Shown here one piece after another: positions 48,501 through 60,602 of a stretch of 64,000 nt of DNA; position 1 is the first letter of the stretch, and every line of letters begins with the position of its first letter. Made by a program: the position numbers and the translations under genes. Location of the stretch: NCBI GenBank assembly GCA_964016885.1, contig OZ024753.1, forward strand, positions 9,052,001 through 9,116,000, given 5' to 3'. Origin of the DNA: Eledone cirrhosa. Taxonomy: Eukaryota. The notes beneath the pieces are model-generated. The model saw only the letters and a list, made by a program, of their open reading frames with translations, was not told the origin of the DNA and searched no databases.

Positions 48501-50025
48501 CATCATCATCATCATCATTTTACGTCCGCTTTTCCCTGTTTGCAAGGGTGGGACGGGTCTTATTCAGGACAGCAGCTCTCCACTCGTCACAGTCCCTCGT
48601 CATCTCCACCGTGAGCTTCAATGATCTGAGGTCTGTTCTCACCACCTCCGCCCTTGTTTTTCGTGGTCTACCTCTACCACGTCTTCCTTCAACTGGCATT
48701 TCCTGGCACTTCGTCACCCATCGGTCATCCTCCATGTGCATCACATGTCCATACCACCTCAGTCTCCTCTCCCGTACACTACATTCTATCCCTCTCAGAC
48801 ACAGTTTCTCTCTCAACACATTCATGCCGGGTCGTTCATGCACATTGACACTGCACAACCAACGGAGCATGCTTGCCTCATTTCTCTCCAGCCGTCGCAT
48901 ATCCTCTGCAGTTGCTGCCCATGTCTCACTACCATGCAGCATCGTGTTCCTCACACAGGCATCATATAACTGGCTTTTCGAACGCAGGGAGAAACCCTTC
49001 TTCGTCAGCAGAGGAAGCAGCTCCCTAAACTTCTTCCAACCCGTCCTTATTCTAGATACTATGGCCTTGGAACATCCCCCTCCCATGCTAATCTGATCTC
49101 CTAGGTACCGGAAGCTATCCACCACTTCTATAGCACCCGCCTGCATTTGAAAAATGTGTCTATCAATGTGACTTCTACTGTCTAATTTCCCTGTACATCT
49201 ACTGCATACATATTTCTCCCTACCTGTTAGTTTGCCTGCTATCCTGCTACATCTGCATTGTGTGCATTTTATAGAATTTATGCCAGTTCCTTTTCTGCAT
49301 ATTGAACATGGCCATTTCCCTGACGGAATCAGGGTTTTGTCCTCTTTTCTACTCATCAACACTTTTGTCTTAGCTAGGTTCACTGTCAGTCCTCTTGCTT
49401 CCAACTGCTGTTTCCATAGCCAGAATTTATTCTCTAGCTCCTCTACTGATTCTGCTATAAGAACCAGATTGTCAGCATAGAGAAGTTCCCATGGACAGCC
49501 AGTCTTAAACTCCTCTGTTATGGCTTGGAGGACTATAATGAACAAGAGTGGGCTGAGGACCGAACCTTGATGTACTCCTACTTGTATCTGGAATTCCTCA
49601 CTAAACTATTCCTACCCTGACTTTACAGAGAGTACCTCTGTACAAAGTTTGCACTGTCCTCACAAGCCATTCCTCAACACCTAGTTTCCTTAGGGACTAC
49701 CAGATGACAGGTCGGGGTACCCTATCAAAGGCCTTCTCTAGGTCAACAAAGGCTTATAGTGGCTTATTTTTCTCTAAGAACCTCTCTTGTAATTGTCTCA
49801 CCAAGAAGAGGGCATCTGTTGTACTCTTTCCAGGCACAAAACCAAACTGTATCTCATCTAGTTTGACTCTTTCTCTAATTAGTTGTGCTAATATCCTTTC
49901 TGCCACTTTCATAACCTGATGCTTCAGTTTTATACCCCTATAATTGCTCCTCTCCAGAGCATCCCCTTTACCTTTGTAGCAATTTATGAGAATACTGCTG
50001 CACCAGTCTTTGGGTATGACACCAC
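48500..50025 (-). mobile_element. 5'-truncated RTE-clade LINE (RT with Cys-rich insert), inactivated
   Basis: SNYRGIKL, QFGFVPGKSTTDA, EKAFDRVPR, GVHQGSVLSPLLF, LLYADN (YADD mutated), FRYLGD, MLHGSETW, RRLRWYGHV; frameshifts; (ATG)n tail. Confidence 0.95.
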
Positions 50026-50080
50026 CAGTAATGCACTGGGGTAATTGCTGGCCTTGTGCCGAAAGTAGAAGCAATTATTA

Positions 50081-50451
50081 TCTACATATCTAAAACAGAT
50101 AATTTCTGTCTGTCTTTCAGCCCCCTAAAACTCGAAATGCCCTAGGGACCGCATTAGGCGATTTAGTGATCTCTCTCTATAATTCTTAGTTTTTCTATTT
50201 AGTAAGATACATAGATATAACATTGCGCCCTTATATCTGTCTGTATGTCTGGCTGGCTGTCTGCAGTACGACATTATGACGCTGTGTGTGTGTGTGTGTA
50301 TATATGTATATATAGTGTGTGTGTATATATATATAAAGTATGTAACGTTTTTCGAAATATTTACTTCTGTGTTCACAGATTGATTTTTTAGTTTCAGAAG
50401 ATCCCGTTAAGGGTGAAAGCAGCAATTCTTTGCTTAAACTTTAATCTGTTA

Positions 50452-50498
<47 letters not shown>

Positions 50499-50637
50499 GT
50501 GTACAGATATTTTTGCATAGACAATAACAAAATATAAACAAACGTATTTATTTCACGAGGCTCGATAAGGATAAATATATATCAAATATATAAGAACCCT
50601 AGAGCAAATCCTGAGCAATGCCGGGCCATTCTGCTAG
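50081..50637 (+). mobile_element. Non-autonomous Helitron
   Basis: A|TCTACATATCTAAAA 5' end; CCTGAGCAATGCCGGG...CTGCTAG|T 3' end; inserted into a SINE (ATT)n tail. Confidence 0.85.
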
Positions 50638-50952
50638 TTATTACTAAATCCCTCTGATTTTTCATTATTTTCAAAGTAAATTGAAAATCATTGGCAGTGT
50701 CTTTCCTTGGAAATATGGTATTGGAAGGGTTAGAAATGTACTTTTAGGTCAACATATGACTTGCTGTATAATATATTTATGCTGGTAAAATATCTCTTAT
50801 GATAACAATAAAATAGTTCACATGTAAAGGGATTTTTCAAGAACTCAAGCAGAATACACAATGGATATTATCTACACCTGAAAATATGAAATTTCAAAAT
50901 ATCTCATGAGTAAATACGTTTACCACACATACACACACATAGTCACAATATA

Positions 50953-51003
<51 letters not shown>

Positions 51004-51008
51004 ATATA

Positions 51009-51039
<31 letters not shown>

Positions 51040-51040
<1 letters not shown>

Positions 51041-51392
51041 ATGAATAATAAACAATACAATATAATTACCTCATTACCAGAGGTTTCCCGAATAAGACGA
51101 ATACGAAAAACGTCCTCATATATGTGTATATGTATGTATATACACTCTTGTGAGTGTATATACATACATATACACATACCCTAACTATATTTCCTTTTTT
51201 TTTTTATATATATCTCTTGCATTACTTTTTCCTTTTATTTATATATTTTTTGCATTTCTTGAGGAGACTTTTCAAATATTTCACTATGTTTTAAATTGCC
51301 TTGTCCGACGAACGAATGAGGACGTTTTTCGTATTCGTCTTATTCGGGAAACCTCTGGTAATGAGGTAATTATATTGTATTGTTTATTATAC
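51040..51392. repeat. ~80 bp inverted repeat with a degenerate hammerhead-like motif
   Basis: 51045-51120 is the reverse complement of 51316-51390; CCGACGA-stem-GAAAC-CTC...GAG-GTA. Confidence 0.7.
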
Positions 51393-51483
51393 ATTAAATT
51401 TTGCTCTCGTACTTACATAGAGCACTCTTCACTCCTATGACTTTTTCAATTTTCAACGGAAACTTCAATACATATATATATAT

Positions 51484-52135
51484 GGAGGCACATGGCTTGC
51501 ACATTGGGCTTGCAATCGAAAGGTTGTGAGTTCAATTCTCAGACCGGGTGATGTGTTGTTTCCTTGAGCAAGACACTTTATTTCACATTGCTCCAGTTTA
51601 CTCAGCTGTAGAAATGAGATCATAGGACTGGGGTCCCTATCATTCCTCTGCAAAGTGGTCGTGGAGGTGCCACGGCAAAAAAACACCCAGCCCACACTGT
51701 AAAATGGACGTGTAGGCGCCTCGGAAAAAAAGCACCCAGCACTCACTGTAAATGAGGTTGGTGTTAGGGAGGGCATCCAGCCGTAGAAATCAAGCCAGAA
51801 TAAGTTCCCGTCCCAAGCTTGCAAGCGGACGTAAAATGACGATGATGATGATGATATATATATCATCATCATCATCACCATTTTACGTCCATTCTTCCAC
51901 GCTAGCATGGGTTATACGGGTTGTCCTGTTGTGGGCAGTGTCCAGTCTGCTGGCATTGTCTTGCTCATACGGAAACTGATTCTGGCTTGGTTTCTACAGC
52001 TGGATGCCCTTCCTAAGACAAACCTCATTTACAGTGAGAACTGGGTGCTTTTTTTCCTGTGGCGCCTACACGTCCACTTTATAGTGTCAGCTGGGTGCTT
52101 TTTTGCCATGGCACCTCCACGACCACTTTGCAGTG
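51484..52135. mobile_element. Tail-to-tail CORE-like SINE pair (full + copy, partial - copy)
   Basis: 51484-51850 on +; ~51975-52135 on -. Confidence 0.85.
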
Positions 52136-52992
52136 GGAGGGTGTGGGGGCATATTGTCTATATGCTTCAGCTTTGGCTCGTACCCGTGGGGGGGGGGGGT
52201 CTTCTGTATTACTGCGTGATGCCAGAGGTCACGGTATATATATATGTGTATATATATATATATATTTTTATATATATATTTTATATATGTATATTATATA
52301 TATATATATATATATAAAATATACACAGTATAGAACTTTTAAGTTTAGACAATGCATGTAACAGAGTTCATATATCTATAATTTAAAATAAAAAAGTTTT
52401 TGTTTACATATATACATAGATACATACACACATACATAGATACATACATGCATAGATATATACATAGATACATACACACATAAATAGATACATACATGCA
52501 TAGATATATACATAGATACATACACACATACATAGATACATACACACACACATGCACATAGATACATACACACACACATGCATATATATACATACACACA
52601 CACATGCATATATATACATACACCTATACACACACATAATTTCTTATATAAGCACTATTGTTTGAAATATAAAAAATTTTATTTTGTACCAGAAATATCT
52701 ATAGAATATTTTCCAGAACATCTTTTATGTTTTGACTCCTGTCTCTGTAGGAAATAGAATATTTTTTATTCACTAAATTATATATTTATAAATAAGAATG
52801 TGTCACTTGAGAACATTTTAAGCAGGAAATTTTGGAAAAAGATGTTGGAAATTAACTAATGTACAAGTTAGTGAGTATATTTTCAATTAGTTACTCTTTA
52901 CTTAGTAGTATCTATTTTTTATAAAATGTATAGTTATTATAAGTTTTTTAAATGTATTCGCCAATGGACAAGTTTGTGTTAATGTAAAACTA

Positions 52993-53377
52993 AATAATTG
53001 TTTCTACTTTAGGCACAAGGCCAGCAAATTACCCAGTGCATTACTGGTACTTTATTTTATCGGCCCCATAAGGATGAAAGGCAAAGTCAACCTCGCCGGG
53101 ATTTGAACTCAGATCGTAAAGGGACGTAACTATGCTGGAAAGCATGGCGTCCGACCCTCTACCGATACTGCCAATCCACCACCCTTTAAATAATTGTTTC
53201 TACTTTAGGCACAAGGCCAGCAATTACCCAGTGCATTACTGGTACTTTATTTTATCGGCCCCGTAAGGATGAAAGGCAAAGTCAACCTCGGCGGGATTTG
53301 AACTCAGATCGTAAAGGGACGTAACTATGCTGGAAAGCATGGCGTCCGACCCTCTACCGATACTGCCAATCCACCAT
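52993..53377 (-). mobile_element. Tandem dimer of near-identical Nin/Deu-like SINEs
   Basis: Two ~190 bp copies head to tail. Confidence 0.92.
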
Positions 53378-53428
53378 GCACTGTCAAGTAATTTAGTGAA
53401 GAAGGGTAGCTGACTATATATATGTATA

Positions 53429-53513
53429 TATATAAGCTGAGGAGCTGCTGATTCCACAGTCAGGACCGATCGCTCCTCGAGCAGATCAGCAGTGAAACAT
53501 ATGTAATTATGTA
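53429..53513 (+). ncRNA. Type-I hammerhead-like motif
   Basis: CTGAGGA-gctgctgat...atcagcagt-GAAAC-ATAT-GTA; stem I has a mismatch next to the core. Confidence 0.65.
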
Positions 53514-53549
53514 AATGATGCAATACTGATTCTTTGTTGCCTATACGTA

Positions 53550-53873
53550 TGGCTTAGTGGTTAGAGCATTGACCTTGCAATCGAAAGGTTGTGAGTTCAA
53601 TTCTCAGACCGGGTGACGTGTTGTTTCCTTGAGCAAGACACTTTATTTCACATTGCTCCAGTTTACTCAGCTGTAGAAATGAGATGATAGGGACTGGGGT
53701 CCATATCATTCCACTGCAAAGTGGTCGTGGAGGTGCCATGGCAAAAAAGCACCCAGCACTCACTGTAAGTGAGGTTGGTGTTAGGAAGGGCATCCAGCTG
53801 TAGAAATCATGCCAGAATCAGTTCCCGTCCCACCCTTGCAAGCAGGGAAAAGTGGACGTAAAATGATGATGAT
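53550..53873 (+). mobile_element. CORE-like SINE followed by a long TA/CA microsatellite (to ~54250)
   Basis: Matches the family consensus. Confidence 0.9.
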
Positions 53874-53919
53874 GTATATATATATATACGTATATATATA
53901 TACATATATATATATACAT

Positions 53920-53958
<39 letters not shown>

Positions 53959-53985
53959 TATATATACATATATATATATATACAC

Positions 53986-54018
<33 letters not shown>

Positions 54019-54021
54019 CAC

Positions 54022-54054
<33 letters not shown>

Positions 54055-54089
54055 CACATATATATATATATACACATATATATATACAC

Positions 54090-54203
<114 letters not shown>

Positions 54204-54603
54204 ATGTATGTATATGTATATATATATATATATGTGTATATATATATATATCCAGGGTGTGTAACTTGGTGTTACTGTAGGTTCACCCGAGTGAGGACTC
54301 GGTGTTTAGGTTCACTTCAGTGTCGAGGTGTAGAGCTAGACAGAGTGTATATATATGTATACACACACACACACACATGTATATATATATATATATATGT
54401 ATAAGTGTGTGTGTGTGTTACAGCTATAATATATATATATAGATAAAACATCTTTCTATTTATCTCCCCTTCCTCTCTCTAAATATCTATATGCCACCAG
54501 TTCTTTTAGAAAACAACACCATACTTTGGGTCAGGGCATATCAAAGGACCAAAATAACAGAGGTAAACTTTGTTCCATCATTATGTTTTTCTGTTCAAGT
54601 TAT

Positions 54604-54662
54604 AGCTGCCTGATGAGGCCATAGCTGTTGAATAATGTTATCACCGAAATATATATTACTGC
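54604..54662 (+). ncRNA. Hammerhead-like motif (weak stems)
   Basis: CTGATGA-gg...cc-GAAA-tatata. Confidence 0.5.
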
Positions 54663-54667
54663 GAATA

Positions 54668-54851
54668 CGACGGTGGATTGGCAGTATCGGTAGAGGGTCG
54701 GATGCCATGCTTTCCAGCATAGTTACGTCCCTTTACGATCTGATTTCAAATCCCGCCGAGGTTGACTTTGCCTTTCATCCTTACGGAGTCGATAAAATAA
54801 AGTACCAGTAATGAACTGGGTAATTGCTGGCCTTGTGCCTAAAGTAGAAAC
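54668..54851 (+). mobile_element. Nin/Deu-like SINE with 21 bp TSD
   Basis: AAATATATATTACTGCGAATA at 54647-54667 and 54852-54872. Confidence 0.92.
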
Positions 54852-54942
54852 AAATATATATTACTGCGAATATGAATAAACAAAGTTAATTTTAACCTGT
54901 TGACTTACACTTGTTTTAATATATATATATATATATACATTA

Positions 54943-55087
54943 TTATTTCTGAAGACGGCATATGTATGTGTTGGTATGTATATTCTATTTGATAGTTTGT
55001 ATAATTTTGTATAATTTTGTACATAGATCTGTTGAATATGCATGCCAATTCTAACACATATATGTCCTAGAAACGATCGTTAAATAA
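54943..55087 (+). ncRNA. Type-I hammerhead motif with long stem II
   Basis: ttattt-CTGAAGA-c-ggcatatgtatgtgtt...aacacatatatgtcc-ta-GAAAC-GATC-GTT-aaataa. Confidence 0.62.
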
Positions 55088-55088
55088 T

Positions 55089-55232
55089 TGTTTCTACTTT
55101 TGGCACAAGGCCAGCAATTACCCAGTGCATTACTGGTACTTTATTTTATCGACCCCGTAAGGATGAAAGGCAAAGTTAACCTCGGCGGGATTTGAACTCA
55201 GAATGGCAAGGGCCGTAACTCTATACGTCAAA
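55089..55232 (-). mobile_element. 5'-truncated Nin/Deu-like SINE with 13 bp TSD
   Basis: ATCGTTAAATAAT at 55076-55088 and 55233-55245. Confidence 0.88.
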
Positions 55233-55769
55233 ATCGTTAAATAATGAACTTTTTTTGTTTAATATAAGGAACTGTTTCATTGTTTTATTCATTATTTTTT
55301 TAATATTTTATATATATACATATATATATATTATATATCATCATGATCATCTTTTAACATACACTTTCCCTTCTAGCGAGGCTTGCACGGGTCTACATAG
55401 ATCAAGTCAGAATGAAAGCGGAGCTACTGACCTACCAGACAGGCTGAAGGGTCCTCTATCTTGCTTCTGGTTATATATTCTATCAAGTCCAGAAGAGAAA
55501 CTGTTGTTTCTTTTGACACAAACTGAAGGGTCCTTCCAAATCCTTGTTTCGCCTGTTTTCCATGAGGGGATGCTATTCTTAACACCAACCACTTTACAGT
55601 ATGTACTGTGTGTTTTTATTGTGTAGATCATTAGCACTAGGATGGTTGTCATGTCTTTGATACAACTGAATATTCCTGCCAACCATTTGTTTGGACAGCT
55701 TTCTATGACTAGATGCCTTCCTATCATCAATCACTTATCATCATCATCTTCATTATTTAACGTATGTTA

Positions 55770-55955
55770 GGGCGGTGGATTGGCAGTATCGGTAGAGGGT
55801 CGGACGCCATGCTTTCCAGCATAGTTACGTCCCTTTATGATCTGAGTTCAAATCCTGCCGAGGTTGACCTTGCCTTTCATCCTTAAGGGGTCGATAAAAT
55901 AAAGTACCAGTAATGCACTGGGTAATTGCTGGCCTTGTGCCTAACGTAGAAACAA
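55770..55955 (+). mobile_element. Nin/Deu-like SINE with TSD
   Basis: ATTATTTAACGTAT on both sides. Confidence 0.9.
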
Positions 55956-57727
55956 TTATTTAACGTATATTTTCACAAGTGTTGGACAATTTATAACAAA
56001 GTAACTCAGTATTTAGTCAGAGTTGCTAACATCTCAGATGAGTTGGAGGCTGCATTTCCCTTGCAAACATTTCCTATACTTTCTCCCTCACTGCAGTGTA
56101 TTTTTGTTTCACCAGCATGTGGGTGGCTATCAGGTCTTGGACACAACTGAAAATTTCTCTTTCCATTTTGTTTGGCAAGTTTTCTATTACTAATTACTTT
56201 ACATAGAGTGCTTGGTGTGTTTTATCATGTCACCAACACTAGAGAGGTTAATACATGTTTGACACTATTGAAGAGTTCTCGCAACATTTTCTTTTCGTAG
56301 TTATCTGTAGGAAAACTACCCACCTCAAATTCTTGTATCATTAATTATTTATCAAAGATGGCAGCACAGAACAAAATAAAATCTCTACATATCTTTACCT
56401 TACTTAATGTTGTTACCACTACATCATTTCATCCACACACATATCAACAATTTAATTTAGCACATTATACCAGTGTTAAAACATTATAATTGTATTACAT
56501 ATGCAATACAAATGTAAAGATGTGTCCATAACTCATACATCATCCTCACAATATCTATAAAAGTATTTAAATAAAATCTATATATATGATACAATAGATT
56601 ACAATAAAATGTCATTAAGCAACTAATACAACTTTATTATTAAAATTGAGGTATCATACAATAAAACTTCTGCTCCAACTCAAATAAAATATTGCCAAAG
56701 CAATTATTACAATCCTATAAAGAGTCTAAGACAGGTTATTATAGTATTCTATTTTGCCTAACTTAATAGCAGATAAGATGAATAATATATAAGATTTATA
56801 TACCACCAATCCTTGGTGAATGTATTTAAAAAACTTATAATAGTTATATTAACCATACATTTTATAAAATCATGCTAAATAAACAATAAATAATTGAAAA
56901 ATTTAATGTAATATATGATTTTTAGCTCTACACAATACCTATTTTACATTTAAAGAACACAAACATAATTTTCTGTGCCATCCTATTGTTAGATTAATTA
57001 ACTGAACAAAAACTGTAAGTATATTCTAGATATTGCTAAAGTTTAAAAGCCTCAGTGGTTTCTCAGTAGAGCAATACCAAGGAAGACATTACCTGGTTCC
57101 AATCTATACAACATAAACATACATGCAATTTTATTCACGTTGGTGTACAGAAATATTCCATGTCTATTACTAAATAACTTTTATTTGATCCCCTAAATTT
57201 GGCCAAAAAATCCACACCCATTTCAGATTCTGATATCAATATTTTCCAATATGTTAGAAAGTCTATTTTGTTTTATGGTCATAATATTTAGATCAAGAAC
57301 CACTAATGTTCCTTTTTATGTTAGTGTGGGATCAAGATATTCTACAGGGATTACAATATCCAAAGATTGTATATATACTGAAAGTTACCAGGTTTGTATG
57401 GTTCGATAAGCAACTCCAAAGCAGAAAGTGGATATTTTTTTAGTATAGGCATTCCTAGAAATATAAGGGAAGGTGATGACATACAGTAAATTGCTGGGAT
57501 GCTGTTCTTGGAGAAATGATAAGGGTCTATGTATGTCATGTTGATCTTATATATATATCATCATCATCATCATTTCCGTTTAACATCAATTTTTTCACGC
57601 TTGCATGGGTTAGACGGGTCGTCCATGCTGGGAGGTAAGTCTGGTCAGGATTGGCGATGAGTTGCGTCATGCTCCAGCAAGGACTGTAAATACACACTGT
57701 TTATATATAAATACATATACATATACA

Positions 57728-58213
57728 TGGAGGCACATGGCTTAGTGGTTAGAGCATTGGCCTTGCAATCGAAAGATTGTGAGTTCAATTCTCAGACACT
57801 TTATTTCACATTGCTCCAGTTTACTCAGCTGTAGAAATGAGATGATAGAGACTGGAGTCCCTATCATTCCACTGTAAAGTGGTCGTGGAGGTGCCACGGC
57901 AAAAAATCACCCAGCCCTCACTGTAAATGGGGTTGGTGTTAGGAAGGGCATCCAGCTGGATGCCCTTCCTAACACCAACCCCATTTACAGTGAGGTCTGG
58001 GTGCTTTTTTGCTGTGGCACCTCCACGACCACTTTGCAGTGGAATGATAGGGACTCCAGTCCCTATCATCTCATTTCTACAGCTGAGTAAACTGGAGCAA
58101 TGTGAAATAAAGCGTCTTGCTCAAGGAAACAACACATCACCTGGTCTGAGAATTGAAGTCACCACCTTTCGATTGCAAGGCCAATGCTCTAACCACTAAG
58201 CCATGTGCCTCCA
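57728..58213. mobile_element. Spacer-less inverted fusion of two CORE-like SINEs
   Basis: Symmetry centre GGGCATCCAG|CTGGATGCCC at 57955/57956. Confidence 0.93.
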
Positions 58214-58591
58214 TTGTGTATATATATTTATAGACACAATGTTTACAAAATTAGAAGAGACAAGCTTTAGGCAACTACATAATACAAAGGAAATGGCTAG
58301 GTTCACTTTATTATGGAAGAATTAGTTATCTAAGGAGGTTGTCAAGTCCATAATAACTGACCAATTTAGAAATATATTTGATAACTATCGGAAGAATATT
58401 AAATTCTAAACATCTTTCTAATTAATATATTGAAAGAACTGATTATAAACCAAGACAGCTTCGTAAACTTTGCCTATCACTTATTTATTTTGTCTTTAGC
58501 AGTTTTATTTACACTCATTTTTTTTTTGTCCCATGTGGTCTTTTTATAAGAGAAGTATTTACATTTATATGTAAATACGTCTTTAACACTA

Positions 58592-58970
58592 GGCACATGG
58601 CTTAGTGGTTAGAGCATTGGCCTTGCAATCAAAAGGTTGTGACTTCAATTCTCAGACCGGGTGATGTGTTGTTTCCTTGAGCAAGACACTTTATTTCACA
58701 TTGCTCCAGTTTACTCAGCTGTAGAAATGAGATGATAGGGACTGGGGTCCATATCATTCCACTGCAAAGTGGTCGTGGAGGTGCCACGGCAAAAAGCACC
58801 CAGCACTCACTGTAAAGTGGTTGTGGAGGTGCCATGGCAAAAAAGTACCCAGCACTCACTGTAAATGGGGTTGGTGTTAGGAAGGGCATCCAGCTGTAGA
58901 AATCAAGCCAGAATCAGTTCCCGTCCCACCCTTGCAAGCAGGGCAAAGCGAACGTAAAATGATAATGATG
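58592..58970 (+). mobile_element. CORE-like SINE with an internal ~50 bp duplication
   Basis: Matches the family consensus. Confidence 0.9.
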
Positions 58971-59254
58971 ATACATACAAAAACACGCATATATATACGT
59001 GCATATTACAAATACACAAATATATATTGTTTGATGTGTTTTTTTTATATATATATGTCATTCAACTTTTAATTTAATGTTAATAAATCCTCAGATTTAT
59101 TACTTGGTATCTTTGAGCTTATTCCACAGGTGGTATGGGGCATGCTTCTGATATTCTCAGACATGGCATCTTTAATCTAATTTTGGTAGTATATATACAT
59201 ATATATGAATATACACACACACACACACATATATATTTATATAAATGTACACAG

Positions 59255-59482
59255 TTCACGCTGTAATGGGGTTGTGTAGGTAATGCGGTAAAAAGCTCCC
59301 AGTCCACACTGTAAATGTGGTTGGTGTTAGGAAAGGCATCCAGCCATAGAAAACCTGCCAGATAGTCCTACATGAGCGAGACACGGTCATCCAATCAATA
59401 TTGCCTCAAGGGGGACAACTCCCATCTAACCCATGCTAGCATGGAAGATAGACGTTAAATGATGATAATGATGATGATGATA
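59255..59482 (+). mobile_element. Single-unit version of the 112 bp-unit retroposon
   Basis: One copy of the unit, then CCCATGCTAGCATGGAA...(GAT)n tail. Confidence 0.75.
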
Positions 59483-60026
59483 ATAAATACACATATCGTC
59501 TAACCCATGCTAGCGTGGAAGATGGACGTTAAACGATGATGATGATGATATGCACAAAAATATATACCAAAGAATTCGCAAGTGTGTACATATGTGTGTA
59601 CACAGAAGCATGGACACTCACACACGACTATACCAACCAGTCCCCCAGGAACTCAGGAGAGTCAACGGCCAGCCAATAATTTTCTTTTTTTTTCTTGTGG
59701 AATAAGAGACTCCAAGTCTTCATTAAGACTTCTGTTTAGGAGAAGATAACTCTGATATGAAACCAGTGACTTCGTTTGCATCCAATGATGTAGGCCAGTT
59801 ATTATTTTGGGGCAAATGCATTTGATGTTCAGAGAGTGGAATTGGCCCCGTGCGACACCTTTCCTCACAGCTATCGCTTGATATGTGACATTTTTTGCGA
59901 TGCGTGGTATTGCTGGCCATAGGCAAGTCCCTAGCAGGACTAAAAAGCCATGTCCATGATGCTCATGCTTAAGTATCAAACGATGACATTACTAGAAATC
60001 AAGTTGCAACGATCATGTATGTATGC

Positions 60027-60078
<52 letters not shown>

Positions 60079-60254
60079 ATATATATATATATATTCCCTC
60101 CCGTGTTTTCCCAATAACTTATTGAACAGTTATTGAACTCTCTGGGTGGTAGATATCTTGGAAATATCCAAGACCCCCAGTAAACAACTGATGAGGAAAA
60201 CTCCCTCCTGTTCTTGCTTTCTTCTTATCCTCACTCCATTTTAAGCTATATATA

Positions 60255-60602
60255 TCATCATCATCATCATCATCATTTTACGTCTGCTTTTCCCTGCTTG
60301 CAAGGGTGGGACGGGAACTGATTCTGGCTTGATTTCTACAGCTGGATGCCCTTCCTAACACCAACCCCATTTACAGTGAGGGCTGGGTGCTTTTTTTTTT
60401 GCCGTGGCACCTCCACGACCACTTTACAGTGGAATGATATGGACCCCAATCCCTATCATCTCATTTCTACAGCTGAGTAAACTGGAGCAATGTGAAATAA
60501 AGTGCCTTGCTCAAGGAAACAACACATCACCCAGTCTGAGAATTGAAGTCACAACCTTTCGATTGTAAGGCCAATGCTCTAACCACTAAGCCATGTGCCT
60601 CC
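60255..60602 (-). mobile_element. CORE-like SINE
   Basis: Matches the family consensus. Confidence 0.9.

Noticed and set aside
59640-60000. 105 aa minus-strand ORF
   Set aside because: No recognisable domain and no support
60100-60205. CTGATGAG with adjacent hairpins as a hammerhead
   Set aside because: Could not place stem II and GAAA in the correct order
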